Virus record (IMG/VR): IMGVR_UViG_3300025803_000100
Location: 1-24,264 of that record
Direction: 5' to 3' (one strand)
Origin: a virus
Taxonomy: Duplodnaviria; Caudoviricetes
Length of the DNA: 24,264 nucleotides
The notes beneath the pieces were generated by a model, which was not told where the DNA came from, searched no databases, and was given only the letters and a program-made list of their open reading frames with translations. Each line of letters opens with the position of its first letter. Positions within the stretch are counted from its first letter, which is position 1. This document shows, piece by piece, positions 8,201 to 15,834 of the stretch. The translations under genes were made by a program, and so were the position numbers.

Positions 8201-10764
8201 TACAACTGCGCCGATCCGAGGCGGGCTTTCGCACGGTGAAAGTGGACACCCCCCGAGGGCCGCTGTACACCACCCCGGAGATTGCGAAAGAAATCGACAA
8301 CATCCGCAAGGTGATGTTCAACGACGAAACGTTGGAGCACTTCCAAGCGTTTCTTGATCGGTGGTCGCAAATCTGGGGCACCTATGCCACGGTTCCGTTG
8401 GCCGACGGTTTCGGGTTCCACATGCGAAACGCATACGGCAACGTGATGCTGAACCTGACCGCAGGGGTAACGAGCCCTGCGGTGTACTGGCACGCCGCCC
8501 GCCTTCAGAACGCCAGCGGAAAGGCACGCCGCCGCCTCGGTGCAGTGTCCGGAACCGGCGACCGCAACGCAGTGTTTGCGGGCATGTCGTTTGACGACAT
8601 CGTCAAGAGCGACCACCTTGGGTTGTCTTCCCGAGATCAGGCATTGCTGATCGGTGCCCGAGATCGGGGAATTATCGGCAACGGGTTCTTCCAAGACCTT
8701 GCCCCCGACGAGCTAGACAACGTGTACCGTGCCATCCCTAAAGGCAAGGTCGGTAAGGGTTTGCAGACGACGACCGACAAAGCGATAGACAATAGGGTCG
8801 TGCGAACCGGACGTGCAGTCGGCACTTCGGTGGAAAACAACGCCCGACTCGCTCACTACATTGACCGGATCAACAAGGGTTTCTCAGCGGAAGAAGCCGC
8901 TGCGTCTGTGCGCCGCTACCTGTTCGACTACGGGGACCTGACCCCGTTCGAGCGTGCCCGCCTGCGGTCTATTTCCCGGTTCTACACGTTCATGCGTAAG
9001 AACACGGCGCTACAGACGTGGGCTATTATGCACAACCCGGCCGGCGTGGCACGTCAGCTTCGTGCTCACCGGTCGCTGGTTCCGGTTGACGACGAGGACG
9101 GCGGATTGAACAGTCTGATCCCGGACTGGGCTAAAGAGCAGGGAACGATTGGTACGGCGCTGATGGGCGGCGTTGCGATGGCCCCAGAGTCCGTGTTCAA
9201 CGCAGCCTTTGACCCGTACAACGCTGCGTGGAAACTCATAGACCAGATCCCCGGACTAAAAGAGATTCTCCCCGGCGAAACAGAAGGCAAAGACTCAGCG
9301 GCTGCGCTTCTTGGGCTGCTGGCCGGCGGCCCGATGTCTATGGTTGACTTCCTCTTCGAGGTCCGATCACAAGAAACTTGGTACGGCAAAGACATTTCAG
9401 ACCGGGGCCTCGAAGGCGACTTGATGAGGTTCGCTGACACTATCATGCCTCTGTGGGGGCCGGTGGATCGGATGATCTCTGAACTGTCCGGAGGCGCTCT
9501 CGAAGGAAGCAGCGGCCTGTTCGGCACCGGACTCGGAAACAACCCAACCCCCATGCAGAAAGATATGTCGCTTGGGGTTGCTCTCATCAAAAACCTCCTC
9601 GGCTGGAACGCTGTGCCGCTAGGCGACGCCGCTCAACGTTCCGTGATCTACAGCATGTCCGCAGAACTAGACACCCTGATTGAGGAGGCCAAACGCCGAG
9701 GCGTTGACATTGGAACACAGCAGGACCTGCGACATCTAGGAATCATCCCGGAACTCCCAGACATTGCAGAAGACATCGGCGTGTCCGGTTCCCGAGCAGA
9801 CTCGTACATCCTGCGGGACCGTTTGGAAGCCGCAGGCATCGACCCGATGACCGACGCCAACTATCTCGAACTGCTGGAACGGGAACGCCGCCTCGGGTTT
9901 GAGATCATCACCCGAGCTGACGTAGAGAACTGGTCCGAACAGGCCGGGCTGGACCCCGAACAAACGTTGGAACTCGTCGAGGATCTGGAAGGCCGATACA
10001 CGAGCCGAGAAACCCGAGGAGATCAGTACGCTGTGGAGATGGGATGGACCCGCCCAGACAAGGCCGGCGGCGACCCGCACGGCATTGTAGATTTCCGCAC
10101 CAAAGCACACTACAACGCTGCTAACCCAGACGACCCGTTCCTTGATTCCGACGGAAATGTAATCACGCTGGATGCGTGGCGTCAATGGGTGGAAGACAAG
10201 GGTGTCCGATACTTCGAGAAGCCAGACGCAGACGGCAACAGTTACAGTACTAGGTCCAGCAGGGCCGCCGACCTATCCGTGTCCGTGGGGCTCGTCAACG
10301 AAGACGGCGACCCGCTGTCTAACAATCTGACGAAAGCGTACTACAACTCAAAGAACCCGGACGACGTGTTCGTTGACCGAGAAGGCAACACGATCACGTA
10401 CCGGGACGTTGAGACTGTGTGGCCGGGATCTCGGCTGTCAGACGTGCGGTCGTGGGCGTTGTCCGTCGGGTACCAAATCAACCCGGCTGCGACGTCGCTT
10501 CCTATGGACGTGCGCAGGGCGTACAACGACGCCCACCCGAACTCCCCGTACTTCACCCCAAGGGAATGGGTGCAGGCCGGGCATAACCCGCTGCAAGGCG
10601 TGTACCAGTGGTGGGTGGACGGCACCGTCTACGAGTATTGGCCGGACGGAATGTCCGAAGATAACTGGTGGATAGCTGACTTGCCGTCGACCGCATCCGG
10701 TAGTTCCTCGCTGCTGGACTCCGGCAACAAAACGTCCCTGTCGGACGCGCTGTTCGGAAACTGA
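5269..10764 (+). CDS. Giant internal virion / DNA ejection protein (large polyvalent-type), 1831 aa
   Basis: GELLDPLNYLTLGG, GYFPRI, GFHMRN..GN and FDYGDLTPFER...FYTFMRKN segments resemble conserved blocks of large podoviral core proteins. It is the last gene of the + strand block. The GTG start is uncertain. Confidence 0.7.
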   Translation: MITAALGIDPSGTQSSTQTSTSTSVPSLLDWANGATTSPRPQQVTPAPATTSSVPSLLEWSGIAQPTTSQQQPQQPQQPAAFATDNVDTDRGMRVIEWVIEHQAVPLGDDDQQLRDMVGTMARLYFGGDEETKSSVEEVMIAVSDVVPKEMWAQYGLEKFTDTESGFDNFGGRFLDNAKGLGGTITNWGFGDNPFGKYVGQPLATGLSHMQQTALMTVSAVRNGRIGDAAMILAEAVAEPATLGKIDTDGGAVDRELARWDIDSNGWMDFAEALGYNPNSSGRGGWVGGFIFELANFVGGELLDPLNYLTLGGASAKGGLDMVEEMYGTGARLVVEREGLDAVLSASEQAALQSRLTKSLEIAFGEEGRRRTAYEVLRRLDPSDVADKRVREAISSIQSGRGVHVAGVRLPGSEAVQQFPGRQKVEYAGRADEIARRKLLTPDPTDIRPIDQQFGKRINILDGTYIDGDDLRALVDSPTELTPAAETAAAARYEFGVTTHSGDPMGTGRFTLYDDGTAIIDDVTPSDPAGSLVDVNSRLLDDVIPTLENSGFHTIRVRADGDPWSWTDKGFVLDTARTSEVMEWLDHLDARLGQILSDEGTASAAGKALGGGSDRFGYYAAVRDLRERVLAARDNPNAANLFAIADPTGPNWKAIGELIDGDWGVVPMMRGITNVPGNGHIARIVSPGLAQRIRQSPTGQFFGDRLTPRAGVRRTSGTQTAEGLYRSQQRAKFAAENQLDDNIGAMTKLKRQAQAEFADDPTVVDDIVREALEKTDEPGNIYGPVGDPLDGTAVLAKLDHEDLLTAELQALRSEGKFATAEYLELMHDLRKAGDDAAVKAGLPEDFLREGYFPRITTQEGEKAIKENAHLMEKFGLDPNSKVSLHEQMHQKRRTFMPEATIEEANDAARIMFDLEDGVNLFVEDPLVAFALRSKSSFTAAAQMDMLDELVGLTDDTGRTVAAWGEGAVGYNEKALRQLQLRRSEAGFRTVKVDTPRGPLYTTPEIAKEIDNIRKVMFNDETLEHFQAFLDRWSQIWGTYATVPLADGFGFHMRNAYGNVMLNLTAGVTSPAVYWHAARLQNASGKARRRLGAVSGTGDRNAVFAGMSFDDIVKSDHLGLSSRDQALLIGARDRGIIGNGFFQDLAPDELDNVYRAIPKGKVGKGLQTTTDKAIDNRVVRTGRAVGTSVENNARLAHYIDRINKGFSAEEAAASVRRYLFDYGDLTPFERARLRSISRFYTFMRKNTALQTWAIMHNPAGVARQLRAHRSLVPVDDEDGGLNSLIPDWAKEQGTIGTALMGGVAMAPESVFNAAFDPYNAAWKLIDQIPGLKEILPGETEGKDSAAALLGLLAGGPMSMVDFLFEVRSQETWYGKDISDRGLEGDLMRFADTIMPLWGPVDRMISELSGGALEGSSGLFGTGLGNNPTPMQKDMSLGVALIKNLLGWNAVPLGDAAQRSVIYSMSAELDTLIEEAKRRGVDIGTQQDLRHLGIIPELPDIAEDIGVSGSRADSYILRDRLEAAGIDPMTDANYLELLERERRLGFEIITRADVENWSEQAGLDPEQTLELVEDLEGRYTSRETRGDQYAVEMGWTRPDKAGGDPHGIVDFRTKAHYNAANPDDPFLDSDGNVITLDAWRQWVEDKGVRYFEKPDADGNSYSTRSSRAADLSVSVGLVNEDGDPLSNNLTKAYYNSKNPDDVFVDREGNTITYRDVETVWPGSRLSDVRSWALSVGYQINPAATSLPMDVRRAYNDAHPNSPYFTPREWVQAGHNPLQGVYQWWVDGTVYEYWPDGMSEDNWWIADLPSTASGSSSLLDSGNKTSLSDALFGN

Positions 10765-10788
10765 AAGAGCCGCCCCGAAGGGCGGCTC
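10758..10788 (-). terminator. Rho-independent terminator between the convergent blocks
   Basis: The - strand reads GAGCCGCCC-TTCG-GGGCGGCTC-TTTCAGTTT: a perfect 9-bp stem, a cUUCGg tetraloop and a U-rich tail. It may act bidirectionally. Confidence 0.85.
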
Positions 10789-10818
10789 CATCAGAGATAC
10801 GTGGCCTCCTCTCAGAGG

Positions 10819-10953
10819 CTACTGGCAAGACTCACAAGTCTCAGGGTTCTCAACCCCGCACGCCAGCTCCTCATCCTCGTAGGCAGACCAGTCGATCTCC
10901 TCGACGTTCCCGTCGAACTCCGACTGGGCCAGCTCAGTGCGTTCAATATTCAC
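10819..10953 (-). CDS. 44-aa acidic peptide ending ACGVENPETCESCQ (resembles the RNR alpha C-terminal tail)
   Basis: Translated by hand: (V/M)NIERTELAQSEFDGNVEEIDWSAYEDEELACGVENPETCESCQ*. The GTG abuts the holin stop codon and the ORF ends just before the terminator. Confidence 0.75.
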   Translation of the reverse strand: MNIERTELAQSEFDGNVEEIDWSAYEDEELACGVENPETCESCQ

Positions 10954-11142
10954 TCAGCCACGCCCCGCCTTCTTCGACACGAACACAATCAGCGGCTTGA
11001 TGCCAGCCGATGCGCCCGCAGCGACAGCAACCTTCCACTCCGGAAGGCCAATACCAAAGATGTTGTCAAACACCAAAGCGGTAAGGAAACCGTCGGCTGC
11101 ACGCCAAGCGATTCGTTGAGCAAGGTCCTTGTACTGTTCCAT
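10954..11142 (-). CDS. Putative holin (r1t-like, 2 TM); alternative in-frame starts at 11145 and 11295
   Basis: MEQYKDLAQRIAWRAADGFLTALV...WKVAVAAGASAGIKPLIVFVSKK matches the r1t/actinophage holin pattern (kd..eRa..Tf...l...w......a..A..s.l). It has a basic C-terminus and lies in the lysis block. Confidence 0.65.
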   Translation of the reverse strand: MEQYKDLAQRIAWRAADGFLTALVFDNIFGIGLPEWKVAVAAGASAGIKPLIVFVSKKAGRG

Positions 11143-11148
11143 CATTAC

Positions 11149-11157
11149 AGTGTACCA
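11149..11157 (-). promoter_or_regulatory. Putative extended -10 promoter (TGgTACACT) for a leaderless holin transcript
   Basis: The - strand reads TG-G-TACACT-GTAATG-ATG(11142), in a locally AT-rich patch. Confidence 0.55.
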
Positions 11158-11291
11158 CTTTCTACTAGGGAATAGTATTCTGGGGCGGTAGCCACGGTAC
11201 AAATCGAACCGTCGCCGTGTCCCCCAGATCGGTGACGCCCTCAAATCACGCTGCGCTTGCAGCCGCAACAAGAACGCTAGTTCATCATCAA

Positions 11292-12032
11292 TCATCGCCG
11301 GGTAATGTCCTTGTACTCGGCCTTCGACACGAGACCCGGAACCGTAAAGTACCCGCCGCACGACTGGCATTCACGTTTCTGATACGTGACCCCGCCCTTC
11401 GTCGTCGTATACCCACGCCCATGCGAATGATCACTGCCGCACTTCGGGCAGCCCGTAGCGTGCAGCACCGGATGGTTAGACATCCACGGACGGATCTTGT
11501 GATACAACTCCGGCAGCAACGCCACATCCTGCTTGTTGTACCTCACCATCTTGTTCCACGCCGCAGGGTCGCCGGCGAGACACCCCGCCCACAACTCCCA
11601 ACCGCCAGTGGACACCTTGCCTCCGAGCCCGAGCGCCTCACACACATCCCCGAGACGGTTAGATGTCAGCTTGAAATGTTTGCGGATAACTGACAGCGTG
11701 TCGATCGACTGAAACGGAGACGGCGGCGTCATGCCGAGCAGCAACATCCGGCCCTGCACCTTCTTGATATCAAACCCGTTAGCGTTGTGACCGATCACCA
11801 CGTCGGCCTCGTCAAACAGATCCCACATCTTCTCCACCATAGCGGTGTCATCATGCGGATTGTCACGGGCATCCATCGCATGCGTCCGCTTCTCGCCTTC
11901 CCACTGCCACGCAATAGAAGCAATGCTCCACTCCCGCTCGATGGACACAACCGGGCCGTCCACAAACTTGGACCACACGTGGGCCAGCAGCGGGAACGTT
12001 TCAATATCGAAGTAAAGGATTCGGGGGCTCAT
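11292..12032 (-). CDS. DnaQ/RNase H-like (YprB-type) exonuclease with C-terminal zinc ribbon
   Basis: DEDD motifs ILYFDIET, VIGHNANGFD and YNKQDV, plus CPKC...CQSC. Confidence 0.85.
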   Translation of the reverse strand: MSPRILYFDIETFPLLAHVWSKFVDGPVVSIEREWSIASIAWQWEGEKRTHAMDARDNPHDDTAMVEKMWDLFDEADVVIGHNANGFDIKKVQGRMLLLGMTPPSPFQSIDTLSVIRKHFKLTSNRLGDVCEALGLGGKVSTGGWELWAGCLAGDPAAWNKMVRYNKQDVALLPELYHKIRPWMSNHPVLHATGCPKCGSDHSHGRGYTTTKGGVTYQKRECQSCGGYFTVPGLVSKAEYKDITRR

Positions 12033-12035
12033 CTG

Positions 12036-12332
12036 TCAGTCCTGTTCTTCCGGAAGGGGTAGCCCTTCTCGAATAATGTATATCTCTAATTGGTTCACTC
12101 GTCTACGCAACTTCACATTCGCTGTTTCCAGATCCCCGATCCTTTGCTCCAGCAACGACACCCGATTCATAACTGTTTCGAGAGTGTCGTCGTACACACT
12201 ATGCACCACCTGCAACGTGTGGGCGTCTGCTTTCTCTGCCTCATTACGGGCACGCACAACGGCCATGATCCCCGACCCGAGCGCACCAAGCACCCCCGAC
12301 CCGAGAAGCGCCGCCACCACTTCGCTGCTCAT
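12036..12332 (-). CDS. Membrane-anchored coiled-coil protein (lysis-cassette accessory)
   Basis: N-terminal Gly-rich TM helix followed by a heptad coiled coil. It has an ATGA overlap with the upstream gene. Confidence 0.7.
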   Translation of the reverse strand: MSSEVVAALLGSGVLGALGSGIMAVVRARNEAEKADAHTLQVVHSVYDDTLETVMNRVSLLEQRIGDLETANVKLRRRVNQLEIYIIREGLPLPEEQD

Positions 12333-12649
12333 CTTTCATGCCCCTCCACCAGTCGCCGTTGAATCTTGAAGGCGTACAGGGTGGCCCATCCGGGAAGAAT
12401 CCAAACAACGGGCCACCCTACGAGGGCAACGTACGCAAGCATCTCGGACCATTCTGCACGGTCCGGGTTGCCGAACGCCAGCCACGTGTATGCGGTGGCG
12501 TAGGTAAACGTCAAAGCTGCGGTACCCAACGACAGATAGCTCCACGTGTAGCTAAACTGTCCTTGCCCAGACCGGAGCCGACGCCAGCACACGAGGTGCA
12601 CGGCGCAGGCAATCCAAGCCCAGCAAGCGGATACGGCAGTCACGAACAT
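12329..12649 (-). CDS. Membrane protein, about 3 TM (holin-like or lysis accessory)
   Basis: Three hydrophobic segments. It lies immediately downstream of the endolysin. Confidence 0.65.
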   Translation of the reverse strand: MFVTAVSACWAWIACAVHLVCWRRLRSGQGQFSYTWSYLSLGTAALTFTYATAYTWLAFGNPDRAEWSEMLAYVALVGWPVVWILPGWATLYAFKIQRRLVEGHER

Positions 12650-12653
12650 TCTA

Positions 12654-13346
12654 TCAGTCTACCAGACGGCGACGGATTTCTTCGATGATAGAATCCGCAT
12701 CCTCAGCGGGGGTACGGGCAAGGTTTTCCAGCAACCCGAGGCGGGTACGCAGCACCCCAACGGACAGCTCAAGCCCCGCAACCTTCTCGGTCAACGCATC
12801 AAGGTCTGCCGTGTCGGGCTGCGGCGCCGGCGGCGGAGGCTGATGAGCCAGCGCAGCCCGGATAGCGTCCAGTTCGATACGCCCATTGTTACCGGGGCAC
12901 GCCGTAGCCGACCGGTCCGAATGCCCCCGCACCTTCGCAGGGTCACCGAACGTCGCCCACCGGGCTACCTTCACGAACGACTCGTGTTGCGCTGGCGTCA
13001 CCTTCGGGTCGTTGCCGGGCAGATGCACGGTGATAGCGTTCGCTGCCTTCGACGTCGACGCACGACGCACGTCTCGCCCTTCCCAAATCTCGCCGTCAGC
13101 AAACACAAACACCTGATAGAAGATGTCCGACCACGACTTCGTGACCTCATGGTACCGTTCGATGCCGAGCAGCCACGACTTCTTCGCAGAGAACGTAAGC
13201 GACGACGGCCCGGACGCCCCGGTGTGGTGGAGCTCAAACTCGGTGATGTCGGACACGCTACGGGTAAACGAAGCGGTCGGTTCGTCCGGGTCCCAGTCTC
13301 TCCGTTTCGCATCAAACAAGTTGAAGTATTCTTCCAATCGTCCCAT
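12654..13346 (-). CDS. Endolysin, N-acetylmuramoyl-L-alanine amidase (Amidase_2/PGRP fold)
   Basis: Zn-amidase motifs LHHTG, WSDIFYQ...DGEIWEGR and GHSD..ATACPG, then a Pro linker and coiled-coil tail. The start is reassigned to ATG 13346 (MGRLEEY), which follows AAGGAG. Confidence 0.85.
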   Translation of the reverse strand: MGRLEEYFNLFDAKRRDWDPDEPTASFTRSVSDITEFELHHTGASGPSSLTFSAKKSWLLGIERYHEVTKSWSDIFYQVFVFADGEIWEGRDVRRASTSKAANAITVHLPGNDPKVTPAQHESFVKVARWATFGDPAKVRGHSDRSATACPGNNGRIELDAIRAALAHQPPPPAPQPDTADLDALTEKVAGLELSVGVLRTRLGLLENLARTPAEDADSIIEEIRRRLVD

Positions 13347-13347
13347 C

Positions 13348-15834
13348 TCATTCTCCTTCGTTGTCAGGGAACACTTTGCAGGCGGGCATCGCCCATACAC
13401 GCTTGTACTGCCCGCCGAACGGCGGGGATTTACGGGTCTGCTCTGCGCCGTACTCGGCTACCAGCAGGTTACTGATCGTCCGTCCGTTGTTGCCGGGCAA
13501 CACGAACGCCCCCGATCTGCGAACGTCCGCCACGAACCCGGACACCTGCACATACAACATACCGTCCTCGATCCACACGTTCTCCGAAGCGAACCGGTCA
13601 CCCAACGCCCACTCCAACGCATCCAACGTCGGGTTCGTGGACGTTGCCGCCTCCACGGTGCCCACGACACCAGACCAGTCGGGGGCGTCCAAACCAGCAG
13701 CGCCTCGCATAGCGAGGAAATCGTTGAGGATACGCCACCCGAGATCCAACACCCCGAGGTTGTACCGGACACGATCCGGCAGGTCCGCCGGCCCCGACGG
13801 AGTGACCTTGACCGAGCCATCTTCCTGAATCGATCGGCACACGAAAGACAAGAACGAATACGCCAGCGTGCCGTCCTCGCCGTCCTGCACGAACCGCAAC
13901 GCCCGCTCATGCCGAGACTCACGCACCTTCGGACGCACCACGTCCACCAGAATCATACGCTCAGCGTGCGACGTTTCCGTAATCGACTGCTCGCCGGCAA
14001 TAACGATCGGCGCTTCGGTACGAATGTAAGCGATCTCGTTCCACCGGTCACCGCCCATAGACTTCGCTGACGGGTTCCCGTCGTAGGCGTCACGAGCCAA
14101 CTGCTCCAACCGCTCCAACGTAGCGGTCCGAGCACCCGGACGGTACTCGTCAAACACGACAGGGAACCCGTTGGTGGCGTTCACCAACGACTCAACAGCG
14201 TACGGCGTCGACGACGTCAACGTCTGAAAGATGTGCGACCCAGTCAGCACAGGAATGATGGCTTGGGCGGTTGTGGTCTTTCCGGACCCAGACACACCGG
14301 TGATGTTCAACACCGGGAACTGGGGGAGGAGTGACCGGAAGGGGGCGACCGCCGCCCAAGCCAGAATGGGATCAACCACTTTGCGTTCGTTCATTTCACG
14401 CATCGCATAGATGAGGCGATGATCGCCTCGGCCTTCGGTGACACGAATGTCTAGGTTCACGATCGAAGCGCCCGGCACATACCGGACCGGCGAATCCCCA
14501 ATCGACCCGCCATCCCACACGATATGCCCGTCGTGATACCCGGCAATATCGGACGCCGACTCCTGCGGCACGAACATGGACCGGGCCTTCAACCGAGACG
14601 CCAACACCGCAACGTCCGTGTCGCTCCCCGACCACACCAGCCCGTGACGGTGCGCCCACTTACGAAACTGATTCTTCGAGCCGATGTCACCGGCGACCAG
14701 CAACAGATCCCGAGCCCCGTCCGTCACCTCATACGACATGCCGCCGCTCTGATCAATCATGACCCGCACTGGATCAATCACGAAATCCGACAACTCCATA
14801 CCCGGGTCGCCGTTGTTAGACACCCGACGATACCGGCCGCCGATCTCCACGATCCCCCGCATCTCCGCCTCGTACCGGCGGGCACGTGCCAGCAGACCGG
14901 GGATGTCCGCCACCGACGACAAGTCCCGACCCTCCGGGACCGGAACAATAAACACCTCGTTGTCTTCTCGCAGGTAATCGGCCCACAAGGTAGATGCGTC
15001 CCGGCCCGCCTCATCGCCATCGAGCGCAATGTACACTCGGCGTCCAGCGAGCCGGGACTGCATCTTCTCAGGGCGAGTACCGGCCCCCGACGGTAGCCCC
15101 AAGAACACGTACTCTCGGGTGGCGCCGGTACCTGACCAGACGTCTGGTTCTCCCTCACATACTACCACAGGACGTTCGCCGTCATCCAGCCATTCCCCGT
15201 AGAACACGGTCCACATGCCACGGGTACCCGCCGGCGACATGAACTTCTCACCGGGCCGCCGATACTTGTATGCAACAAACTCGCCGTCCGCATCGAAGAA
15301 CGGCGCCTTCACCTCGCCGCCAACGAACGACACACGGAACGTGTCACGCAGCAGATCGGCAGGCAACGCAGACACTGCGTCGTCTCGTTCCCGCATCCAC
15401 AACTCCAACTCGCCCGGGTCCTCCTGCGCCGCCCACTCCGCCATCTCAGCACGGGCAGCGTCCACATCAAACGACCCCACCGACGGCAACGGTTCCGGGG
15501 CAACCCAATCGCCCTCCAAGAACCGGACGTACAGGGTGCGAGCCATCGCAAGCTGATCAGCGAACGACTCACGACTCGAGTCCAGCATGCCGATCAGGTC
15601 CAGCATATCGCCGCCCTCCGACCGGGCCATGTCCCGCCACCGATCCACGACACCGTCATCGTCGGAGGCGTAGCAGGCAAGGCTCGGGTTGGAGTCCTGC
15701 CGCCACGGCGTCAGATACATGAGGTCCCTGCCGCTGCGATCTACCGGCTCATGCCCGGCAGCGTACAGAACGTACGTCACCGGCATCCGGGCTTTGATCT
15801 CCTCGATAGTAGCGAACTCCGGGAATGTGCTCAT
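13348..15834 (-). CDS. Primase-helicase fusion (TOPRIM + P-loop NTPase, DUF927-like)
   Basis: TOPRIM motifs VVVCEGEPD and IALDGDEAG, Walker A GVSGSGKT and Walker B VVFDE. The N-terminus is a Cys-less variant of the CHC2 finger (TPWRQDSNPS...WRD...GGD). Confidence 0.85.
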   Translation of the reverse strand: MSTFPEFATIEEIKARMPVTYVLYAAGHEPVDRSGRDLMYLTPWRQDSNPSLACYASDDDGVVDRWRDMARSEGGDMLDLIGMLDSSRESFADQLAMARTLYVRFLEGDWVAPEPLPSVGSFDVDAARAEMAEWAAQEDPGELELWMRERDDAVSALPADLLRDTFRVSFVGGEVKAPFFDADGEFVAYKYRRPGEKFMSPAGTRGMWTVFYGEWLDDGERPVVVCEGEPDVWSGTGATREYVFLGLPSGAGTRPEKMQSRLAGRRVYIALDGDEAGRDASTLWADYLREDNEVFIVPVPEGRDLSSVADIPGLLARARRYEAEMRGIVEIGGRYRRVSNNGDPGMELSDFVIDPVRVMIDQSGGMSYEVTDGARDLLLVAGDIGSKNQFRKWAHRHGLVWSGSDTDVAVLASRLKARSMFVPQESASDIAGYHDGHIVWDGGSIGDSPVRYVPGASIVNLDIRVTEGRGDHRLIYAMREMNERKVVDPILAWAAVAPFRSLLPQFPVLNITGVSGSGKTTTAQAIIPVLTGSHIFQTLTSSTPYAVESLVNATNGFPVVFDEYRPGARTATLERLEQLARDAYDGNPSAKSMGGDRWNEIAYIRTEAPIVIAGEQSITETSHAERMILVDVVRPKVRESRHERALRFVQDGEDGTLAYSFLSFVCRSIQEDGSVKVTPSGPADLPDRVRYNLGVLDLGWRILNDFLAMRGAAGLDAPDWSGVVGTVEAATSTNPTLDALEWALGDRFASENVWIEDGMLYVQVSGFVADVRRSGAFVLPGNNGRTISNLLVAEYGAEQTRKSPPFGGQYKRVWAMPACKVFPDNEGE

